Below, piece after piece: positions 1 to 6,941 of a DNA stretch of 7,055 nt. Each line of letters starts with the position of its first letter. Positions within the stretch are counted from its first letter, which is position 1. Location: contig NW_021829003.1 in NCBI RefSeq assembly GCF_006345805.1, positions 1 to 7,055 of the forward strand, written 5' to 3'. The DNA comes from Octopus sinensis. Taxonomy: Eukaryota. The notes below the pieces were generated by a model. The model had not been told where the DNA came from. It saw nothing but the letters and a program-made list of their open reading frames with translations, and ran no database searches. The translations under genes and the position numbers were made by a program.

Positions 1-278
1 AAGGTCAGGCAATTGACAAGCAAATCTGGGTATTGAGCAGAATATTTGCTATAATGATATTTCTGCTTCAGCAACTCGGAGCTGAATCTGTCTGAAATGT
101 AATGGAAAATAGGTCAGTATCACAACATTAGCCACCCAGGGACATGCTCTAGTGGTTAAGGTCAAGCAACTGACAAGCAAATCTGTGGTATTGAGCAGAA
201 TGTTTGCTATTATGATATTTCTGAAATTGAGTAACTCAGCGCTGAATCTGTCTGAAATGTAATGGAAAATAGGTCAGT
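1..278. repeat. Local tandem duplication, period 157 bp (copies 1-118 and 158-278; first unit cut by the window edge)
   Basis: AAGGTCA(G/A)GCAA(T/C)TGACAAGCAAATCTG...TATTGAGCAGAAT occurs at 1 and 158. The last 38 nt (GCTGAATCTGTCTGAAATGTAATGGAAAATAGGTCAGT) are identical at 81-118 and 241-278. Confidence 0.9.
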
Positions 279-522
279 TTTAAACACTGGTGTGCAAGTC
301 AGAAAAGCAAAGCTTGAAGGGAACAGTAGTGATTTCCTTTGATTGCTTGATGGAAGCAAATAGGAAATAACACTTACCGACCAAAGACAAAAAGAAATTA
401 GAATTTTATTACAATGTAATCAAACATGAAAAAAACAGTGTAAACATAATGCTTTTTTAAAAAAGACTGTTTTGAAAATAAAAGATCAAATTTTCTTTGT
501 GATTAAATATGGGATTAAATAT

Positions 523-742
523 TTAAACTATTTGCATTTAAATGGGCCATATCCGGCCCAAATATTCAACCTGTTTTACAATCAAACCAACCAAATCCAG
601 CTTCTCACACCTGTACCAAAATGCATTCTAAAAATAAACATTTACATCATCAAAATTTTAAAGCTATGGCATAATAGATTATTTATTCAAAAAACAATAT
701 CAATAAACATTTGACAGAGTAATCTGAATGAGTAAGTGTCAG
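523..742. mobile_element. Possible degenerate piggyBac-like MITE (TTAA-ended repeat)
   Basis: Begins TTAAACTATTTGCATTTAA, contains GGGCCATATCCGGCC, and ends ...GACAGAGTAATCTGAATG. This resembles an octopus TTAACCCTTTAGCATT-terminated repeat as I recall it. The TIRs are too decayed to confirm from this window. Confidence 0.3.
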
Positions 743-807
743 AAACAATTAACCACGTTGTTATAAGACTTTCATAGGATTCAAGAGAAAACATAACCAA
801 GTCCTCT

Positions 808-856
<49 letters not shown>

Positions 857-944
857 GTAATATATAATATAATATATATATATATATATATATAGATATA
901 TATATATACACACATATACATATATACATATAATATATAATATA
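808..944. repeat. (TA)n-rich microsatellite, imperfect
   Basis: Directly visible TA dinucleotide array with TG/CA interruptions. Confidence 0.95.
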
Positions 945-973
945 CTTTATTTTAAGCGCAGCAGAAAAATTCA

Positions 974-1023
974 ACAAAATCTGACTCTGAGTTTCTCGTT
1001 GCCGTTCATCAGACAGTTTTTGC
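974..1023 (-). ncRNA. Degenerate minimal type I hammerhead ribozyme-like motif
   Basis: Minus strand reads GCAAAAACTGT-CTGATGA-ACGGCAACGA-GAAA-CTCAGAG-TC-AGATTTTGTTG. It has the CUGAUGA core (1012-1006), a 2-bp CG/CG helix II with a GCAA tetraloop, GAAA (995-992), a quasi-palindromic helix III ACUC-A-GAGU, and a GUC triplet (985-983). Helix I pairs only 5 of 7, and the base of helix II is an A-A mismatch. Confidence 0.55.
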
Positions 1024-1318
1024 TAGAATGGAACTGATATATCAATTCAATCTAGACTCTTACAAATGCTACACCTTTAAAAAGAAATGGACTTGTTTGA
1101 TTGGCCCTTTAGAAAAAACGGTCAATCTTCGAGCGATAAACAAAAAGGTCAAAAATATATGTATATATATATAAAAACTTATAAAAATTATAAAATCCGA
1201 GGAAAAAAACCTTACATTGAATAAAATACATATTGACGTTAATGAAGAAAGTATAAATTAATGCATAGAAATTAAACCTGTTATAAATATTACACTGCAA
1301 TACATATTTATATTAAAA

Positions 1319-1819
1319 CTAGCAGTATCACCCAGCGTTGCTCGGGTTTGTAAGGGAAATAACTATATAAGCATTTTTAGAGAGTACTTCCCTTATAAAT
1401 TCGGGCTTTCTTAGCCATTTTTGGTTTGGTGTCTTCAAGCCATGAAGTCGTGTTCTAAAAGAACGCTGGTTTCCTTCACAACGCATTACGACGTTGATTT
1501 CTTTACACTCCCTTCCCCACAGCTTCACGAGGAGGGAAGGGGGAGAAGCAAACAGGTGCAGCTGTGAGCGTGGACGCCAACTCCGCCGCCATCGACATAC
1601 GATGCATTTTATGCATTAAAATGGAATAAAAAATGATGTTAAATTATTTTTAAAATCGTAGACTCATCGTTGACGCGCGCTAATAGTCAGACAGGCTCGA
1701 TATGAATCACGACTAAGATACCAGAATTTGGTTAAACTGCACCGCAAAATGTGGGAGGAGTTAGGAATCTAAATCGAAGGGGACAGACACTCACACAACT
1801 AGAGTTTTATATATATAGA
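1319..1819 (-). mobile_element. Non-autonomous Helitron, 501 bp
   Basis: The minus strand starts 5'-TCTATATATATAAAAC (1819) and ends CTAG-3' (1322-1319). An imperfect GC-rich hairpin CCCGAGCAACGCTGGG (1346-1331) lies 8 nt before CTAG. Insertion is between A (1820) and T (1318) with no TSD. These are canonical Helitron termini. Confidence 0.85.
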
Positions 1820-2593
1820 TGTACATATATATATCAACATACACAGAAGGATGCGTGCAAACGCCATACATATACAGACGTATAAATATAAATCTAAATA
1901 TATACATAAATGCATGCGTACATATATTCACGCAAACCATCTCGCACGCAAGTTAAAAACATCTATGTAGCAATTCTCATATACTGAGTAAGAGGGGGGA
2001 CGAAAGAAAGGAAGAGATAGAAAAAGGAACGGAGGAGGGGTGGGGAAAAAAACGAAATAAGAAAAAATTATGTATACAAGCTGTGTAACGGCATTATTGA
2101 CATATATGGAGACAAGTATACAGATACACAAGTTCGAATGGATACATATACATACAGTCGTGTATATGTGTGCTTAAGCACAAACATACGTTCACTTACA
2201 CATACACAGATACGCATGCTACAAAATACATATCCATGGCTATACACATACTTATATAAAAATTCTAATTTTTGACAACATTGCTTTTTTAAAAAAAAAC
2301 ATGCTTTTTTTTAAAAAAAATGGTGCACTAATAAAAATATATACGAAAGACATATAAAATAAAAATATACACCCTATTTTGATCATTATAAATAATCAAG
2401 GTAATCCTATACAATACAATAACATGAAATAAACAAAGCCGAAGGTTTTTCCTAATGTATATGCAGAAACATAAGACTTTGCTATACGGATTAAAATCCG
2501 TCTATTTTGAAACAAAAACAAAATCCATCGTAGCGCTCACAGTTCAAGAGTCAAAATCAAAATTTCAAAAATCAAAAATACAAAATATATACT

Positions 2594-3570
2594 CTATCCA
2601 TATGGTATATTTATATTCGACATTTTAAATTTAGCCGCGTGCCTACATAAGTTCATTATCTCACTTCTTTGATTCAAAGAATTATTGTCTTTGAATAAGA
2701 TGTACATTTTCTCTAATAGGCAAAGTTTGCACTTGAAATTATTTTTGTATGCTCCATGCCTGTATGGTGCCGCCCTGTCGAGAATGCTCCATGTCACGTT
2801 GAAAGGTGGGGTTTCCTTTTCTTTTAGTTCCAGACATATTTTGCTAGGCTGGTCCTCTTCCTATTCTCTGGGTATTTAAATGAATTTTATGAGAATAAAA
2901 TTTGTTTTAAATGAATTTTCTGAAGTCCCTGTGTATGTCTTGTATTCGATGAGCTTCCACTTGCCACCTTGGCTCTATAAACTACTCCTTTCACTAGACA
3001 TTTCCCTTCTAACGGACAGGAGCTTTCGTTTTTGAAATTGCATTTCTTAATGGGCTCGGCACCATGTCTAATCTCAATTAGCTTCCTATTATGGGCTAAT
3101 GTAAGAGGCGAAATTTCTGCCAACAAGAATAGCTAACCTTCAGGGTTCTTCTATTAAATATCCTATAGAATTTATGACCCTGCTTAAAATACTTAGAGAC
3201 TAATCTCAAAAATTCCTTACCTATATTAATCTTTACGGCCAAATGAAAGCCGGGTTGAACCACAAAACTTTCCTGGTCTAGTTCTTCGTGCAGCATTATT
3301 ATCAGCATTAAGCTGGTTGTACTGGATCTTCTCAGAGAATCCACTATTCTTTAATGCGCTATCGTAATAAGGTGCAGCATTATGGAATGCTGCCTCGTCC
3401 GAAGAAATTGAAGATATTCTTCTACCTACATTGCTGACTAAGTTCCTAAGGATAACTGGTGGATGGTTCGAATCTTTGCTAATATACGATAGCTTTTCAT
3501 TGGGCTTACGGAAAGGTTTAAATCTATCCGACCTTACATTAAATCTGAAAGAAGTGCACTCTAAGATATA
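2594..3570 (-). pseudogene. Frameshifted PLE ORF remnant: RT thumb/linker plus C-terminal GIY-YIG endonuclease
   Basis: Minus-strand peptides across several frames: FNVRSDRFKPFRKPNEKLSYISKDSNHPPVILRNLVSNVGRRISSISSDEAAFHNAAPYYDSALKNSGFSEKIQY; RKVLWFNPAF; AVKINIGKEFLRLVSKYFKQGHKFYRIFNRRTLKVSYSC; CNFKNESSCPLEGKCLVKGVVYRAKV; TYTGTSENSFKT; TSLAKYVW; TWSILDRAAPY...CKLCLLEK...LNQRSEIMNLCRHAAKF, then stop at 2596-2594. These are characteristic PLE motifs, with multiple frameshifts. Confidence 0.92.
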
Positions 3571-3580
3571 GAGCAGTATA

Positions 3581-3785
3581 CATTAAAAAAGGGGGAAGGC
3601 CAGTTTAAGGGATTACCTTAGGTTTCCTGTCCATAAAGTGTTTAGGTTTATGGTGTTTCCTCCTCCATATTCTTAAGCGGCCTTGGGCCAACTGATTTTG
3701 GGATTTGACGATACACCATAAAGCTAAACTCTTTATGGATGGAAAACCTATGGTAATCCCATAAACTGGTCTACCAATTTTAATG
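3581..3785. mobile_element. Fold-back MITE with ~75-bp terminal inverted repeats, flanked by TA/TATA
   Basis: The left arm 3581-3656 and the reverse complement of 3713-3785 share the CATTAAAA terminus and align at 50/58 over their inner portion. The spacer is 56 nt. TATA flanks both ends, compatible with a TA TSD (Tc1/mariner-type, inferred). Confidence 0.85.
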
Positions 3786-3812
3786 TATATATATATATAT
3801 ATATATATATAT
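3786..3812. repeat. (TA)n microsatellite, left flank of the TRIM
   Basis: Pure TA array. Confidence 0.95.
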
Positions 3813-3964
3813 TGATATGTCCTGCCTTATGATGATGTAACTTCATTGTCTGTGTGACTGGCCCATACGGCATACCTCGCCAACTGACATTGCTTGCTGT
3901 GTCTGTCCACTATTTATCAGTAGTGGAACAGCCCACTCCTCACTTGGAGGTGTCCGCTACAACA
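3813..3964 (-). repeat. 3' LTR of the TRIM (152 bp)
   Basis: The minus strand begins TGTTGTAG directly after the PPT and ends ACATATCA. Confidence 0.85.
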
Positions 3965-3984
3965 CCTCCCCGCTTGCTTCTTTC
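3965..3984 (-). promoter_or_regulatory. Polypurine tract
   Basis: Minus strand GAAAGAAGCAAGCGGGGAGG is immediately followed by TGTTG of the 3' LTR. Confidence 0.8.
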
Positions 3985-4201
3985 ACACAGCATCATTTTT
4001 TTTTTATCCATTTCTTTTTCTTCCACCCAGAATTATTTTTCTCTTCAGAATGCTGCAGGTAGTACCAGTCTACATTGTTTACTGGTAGTGCTACTAACAC
4101 ATTGTGACCTGACAGAAATCCTACAAACGGATTTATATTATTTTTCACTGTGTGTAGTTCAGTTCTGGGTTAGTCTTATCTGCTACTGCATGGAGTTTGA
4201 C

Positions 4202-4213
4202 TCCTCGTCACCA
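4202..4213 (-). promoter_or_regulatory. Primer-binding site complementary to the tRNA-Ser(GCU) 3' end
   Basis: TGGTGACGAGGA versus TGGCGACGAGGA expected from eukaryotic tRNA-Ser(GCU) ...UCCUCGUCG-CCA: 11/12 match. The single mismatch is a CpG transition. Confidence 0.75.
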
Positions 4214-4214
4214 C

Positions 4215-4327
4215 TGACATATCCTGCATCATGATGACGTAACTTCGTTGTTTGCATGACTGGCCTGTACGGCATGCCTCGCTGACTGACACTGCTTGCT
4301 GTGTCTGTCTCACTTGACGTGTTCACC

Positions 4328-4333
<6 letters not shown>
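4215..4333 (-). repeat. 5' LTR of the TRIM (119 bp)
   Basis: 80/95 identical to 3813-3907 without gaps. The remaining 24 nt align to 3940-3964. It lacks the 32-nt block present in the other LTR. Confidence 0.85.
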
Positions 4334-4381
<48 letters not shown>

Positions 4382-4400
4382 ATATATGTATGTATATATA

Positions 4401-4462
<62 letters not shown>

Positions 4463-4465
4463 ATA
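4334..4465. repeat. (TA)n microsatellite, right flank of the TRIM
   Basis: Long TA array with TATG interruptions. Confidence 0.95.
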
Positions 4466-4470
4466 GAAAA

Positions 4471-4704
4471 GGCGGCGTGCTGGCAGACTCGTTAGCGCGC
4501 CAGGCGAAATGCTTAGCGGTATTTCGTCTGTCGTTACATTCTGAGTTCAAATTCCGCCGAGGTCGACTTTACCTTTCATCCTTTCGGGGTCGATAAATAA
4601 AGTACCAGTTTCGCACTGAGGGGGGCGATGTAATCGACTTAATCCGTTTGTCTGTCCTTGTTCGTCCCCTCTATGTTTAGCCCCTTGTGGGCAATAAAGA
4701 AATA
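4471..4704 (+). mobile_element. tRNA-derived SINE (family A), apparently full length
   Basis: GGCGGCG start, A-box-like TGGCAGACTCG (4481-4491), B-box-like GAGTTCAAATTCC (4543-4555), body CCTTTCATCCTTTCGGGGTCGATAAAT, and end GGGCAATAAAGAAATA. Recognised from memory as an octopus SINE. Confidence 0.8.
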
Positions 4705-4725
4705 TATATAGATATTGTTATTGTT

Positions 4726-5117
4726 TTTTTTACTTGTTTTAGTCATTAGATTGCGCCCATGCTGGGGCACTGCATTGAGGAATCATTGGTCAAATGAATT
4801 GATCATAATACTTATTTTCTCTCCGCTTTTTTAAAGTCTGATACTTCTTTTGTTGCCGCTGCTAAGCTATGGAGATGTAAACACACCACGCTGTTTGTCA
4901 AGTGGTGGTGGGGGTGGGGTGGGGGGAGACAAACACAGACACACACACACACATATATGAATGGGCTTCTTTCAGTTTCCATGTACCAAATCCACTCACA
5001 AAATTTTGGTCAGCCCGAGGGTATAGTAAAAGACACTCACCGAAGGTGCCATGCAGTGGGACTGAACCTGGAACAATGTGGTTGGGAAGCAAGCTTCTTA
5101 CTACACAAGTATGCCTA
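4726..5117 (-). mobile_element. Diverged tRNA/CORE-like SINE (family B), antisense copy
   Basis: The reverse complement aligns with 6049-6537 along its length, for example TTCTTTCAGTTTCC...CCAAATCCACTCACAA versus TTGTGAGTGGATTTGGTAGATGGAAACTGAAAGAA, and TACTTGTTTTAGTCATT versus AATGACTGAAACA. Confidence 0.85.
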
Positions 5118-5130
5118 TATATTTTAATAA

Positions 5131-5320
5131 TCTTCATCATCATCATTGTTTAACGTCCGTTTTCCATGTTGGCATAGTTAGACTATTTGATGGAGGTCTG
5201 GAAAGCCAGTAGCTGCATCGGGCTCCAATCTGATCTGGCAATGTTTTTACAGTTGGATGCCCTTCCTAACCCCAACCACTCCGAGAGTGCAGTGGGTGCA
5301 TTTTACATGCCACCAGCATG
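5131..5320 (-). mobile_element. 3' part of a short interspersed repeat (family C) with (TGA)n tail
   Basis: The minus strand ends GGAAAACGGACGTTAAACAATGATGATGATGAAGA and contains GTTAGGAAGGGCATCCAACTGTAAAAAC. Its 5' edge (GGTGGCATGTAAAATGCACCCACT) matches 7030-7052 on the plus strand. Confidence 0.75.
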
Positions 5321-5334
5321 TTATATAAAGAGAT

Positions 5335-5670
5335 GTGGGTAGGGTAGGGGCTGTGCTATTGGTGCAGGTAGCTCTGGCTTTCCGCATCTGGCGTTTCTGT
5401 TCTGCTGACTGAATCCGTCTCTCCTCGGCTGTCTTTGCTCCTGTGGCGATTGCGCCGCTGCGCCAGGATGAGCGGTCGGCAGCAAGTGTCTCCCAAGTCT
5501 CTGTGCCGAAGGAGAAGTCTTTGAGAGAGACTTTGAGACTATCCTTGAAGCGCTTCTTCTGCCCTCTGACTTTGCGTTTGCCTCACCAGCCACCTCTGGT
5601 CTCATAGCAGCAATTCCACCAAATGATGTCAATGGTCATCTTCGAACCCGAAGGACGAACATTATTATTA
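5335..5670 (+). mobile_element. 5'-truncated, 5'-inverted RTE-clade (BovB-like) LINE insertion with 14-bp TSD
   Basis: TSD TTATATAAAGAGAT at 5321-5334 and 5671-5684. Minus strand 5582-5335 encodes GKRKVRGQKKRFKDSLKVSLKDFSFGTETWETLAADRSSWRSGAIATGAKTAEERRIQSAEQKRQMRKARATCTNSTAPT, an RTE ORF C-terminus. Plus strand 5582-5626 encodes LTSHLWSHSSNSTK* (end of the terminal C2H2-type motif), followed by a 3' UTR and an (ATT)n tail at 5661-5670. Confidence 0.88.
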
Positions 5671-5927
5671 TTATATAAAGAGATAATTTTCCATATGAAA
5701 TAGTAAGACAAAGCTTGGCATATAAAATTCTTAGCATTGCAAGAACAAAAAGAAATCAATTTACTCAGTTTAATAACCTATTAGGAAAATTCCAGACAAA
5801 TTATGAAATAGTTACAAGTCTTCTGATTAATTTTAGTCACTTGCTGAGAGCTCAGCATTAATCCAACCATTCATTTCACACCATACATCTGCTATCAAGT
5901 GTTTGTTTGCTTGCTTGTGCATGTGCA

Positions 5928-5929
<2 letters not shown>

Positions 5930-6024
<95 letters not shown>
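5930..6024. repeat. (GT)n microsatellite, about 47 units
   Basis: Directly visible, with one interruption near 5977. Confidence 0.97.
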
Positions 6025-6026
<2 letters not shown>

Positions 6027-6048
6027 TGTTGTTACATTTATATATACA

Positions 6049-6537
6049 GGCGCAGGAGTGGCTGTGTGGTAAGTAGCTTGCTTACCAACATCATAGTTCC
6101 GGGTTCAGTCCCACTGCGTGGCATCTTGGGCAAGTGTCTTCTGCTATAGCCCCCGGCCGACCAATGCCTTGTGAGTGGATTTGGTAGATGGAAACTGAAA
6201 GAAGACTGTTGTATATATGTATATATATATATATATATAATATATATATATATTATATATATATATATATATTATATATATATATATATATAATATATAT
6301 CTATATATGCGTGTGTGTGTTTGTGTGTCTGTGTTTGTCCCCCTAGCATTGCTTGACAACCGATGCTGGTGTGTTTACGTCCCCATCACTTAGCTGTTCG
6401 GCAAAAGAGGCTGATAGAATAAGTACTGGGCTTACAAAGAATAAGTCCCGGGGTCGATTTGCTCGACTAAAGTCGGTGCTCCAGCATGGCCGCAGTCAAA
6501 TGACTGAAACATGTAAAAGAGTAAAAGAGTAAAAGAG
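6049..6537 (+). mobile_element. Full-length tRNA/CORE-like SINE (family B) with internal (TA)n and (GTAAAAGA)3 tail
   Basis: tRNA-like head GGCGCAGGAGTGGCTGTGTGGTAAG...GGGTTCAGTCCC, CORE-like CTTGGGCAAGTGTCTT, internal TA array 6211-6307, and 8-nt tandem tail 6513-6536. Confidence 0.88.
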
Positions 6538-6538
6538 T

Positions 6539-6887
6539 CCTGTTGTGTAATACCTTGGGCAAGTATCTTCTACTATAACCTTGGGACAACCAAAACCTTA
6601 TGAGTGGATTTGGTCGATGGAAACTGAAAGAAGAGCATAATATATAGACATGTATATATTTATCTATGTGTCTTTGTGTTTGTTCCCCCACCCTAATCCC
6701 ACTATTGCTTGATAACCAATGTTGGTGTGCTTATGACCCTGTAACTTAGCAGTTCAGTATAAAAGACCGATAAGAATAAGTACTAGTCTTACAAAGAATA
6801 AGTCCTAGGGTTGATTTCTTTGACTAAAAGCCTTTAAGGCAGTGCTCCAGCATGACTGAAGTCAAATGACTGAAACAAGTAAAAGAA
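6539..6887 (+). mobile_element. Second, head-less and more diverged family B SINE, in tandem behind the first
   Basis: Starts near CCTTGGGCAAGTATCTT and follows the same order of blocks through GTGCTCCAGCATG...GTCAAATGACTGAAACAAGTAAAAGA. Confidence 0.85.
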
Positions 6888-6941
6888 TATAAAAATATAT
6901 AAAGGTGTGTGTCTGTATACACATACTTACATATACGCACA

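Larger units (their letters stand above)
946..3576 (-). mobile_element. 5'-truncated Penelope-like retroelement (PLE) including its probable long 3' region; interrupted by a Helitron at 1319-1819
   Basis: The coding remnant at 2594-3570 is clear. Extension to 946 is inferred from the same-strand hammerhead-like motif (974-1023) and an AATAAA (minus strand, 946-951) directly abutting (TA)n. Continuity of 1024-2593 with the element is not proven. Confidence 0.55.
3813..4333 (-). mobile_element. TRIM-like miniature non-autonomous LTR retrotransposon, 521 bp
   Basis: Two direct repeats with TGTTG...TCA ends on the minus strand (4333-4215 and 3964-3813). A PBS TGGTGACGAGGA lies 1 nt inside the 5' LTR and a PPT abuts the 3' LTR. 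The non-coding interior is ~250 bp. TATAT lies on both sides. Confidence 0.85.

Noticed and set aside
372-410. Minus-strand splice-donor-like CG/GTAAGT with an upstream pyrimidine tract
   Set aside because: There is no AG acceptor or open exon between them, so this is likely chance.
2594-3570. Selenoprotein-encoding (Naiad-type) PLE
   Set aside because: The endonuclease is C-terminal rather than N-terminal, and I saw no in-frame TGA at a conserved Cys position and no SECIS element.
3985-4200. Possible gag remnant in the TRIM interior
   Set aside because: The ATG after the PBS is followed by a stop after one codon, and no convincing Gag or Pol motif was found in any frame.
3854-4234. 126-aa plus-strand ORF
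   Set aside because: It runs antisense through the TRIM LTR and interior, has no recognisable motif, and starts at a GTG.
4301-4550. YI-repeat ORFs (also 6144-6359 and 1109-1300)
   Set aside because: These are translation artefacts of (TA)n or other AT-rich low-complexity sequence.
4903-4926. G-rich run as a canonical G4
   Set aside because: It has only three runs of three or more G and is an expanded linker inside a SINE.
4898-5153. Overlapping ORFs on both strands (also 6467-6691 and 6824-7051)
   Set aside because: They lie within SINE copies and have no coding signature.
5336-5350. Telomere-like GGGTAGGGTAGGGG / G-quadruplex
   Set aside because: It has only three G-runs and is explained as antisense RTE coding sequence.
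5321-5632. 103-aa minus-strand ORF (MTSFGG...)
   Set aside because: It is an off-frame reading across the RTE inversion junction. The RTE-like peptide is in a different frame, and 5583-5632 is antisense to the RTE 3' end.
5842-5857. Short palindrome TGCTGAG-AG-CTCAGCA
   Set aside because: It is an isolated 7-bp stem with no supporting context.
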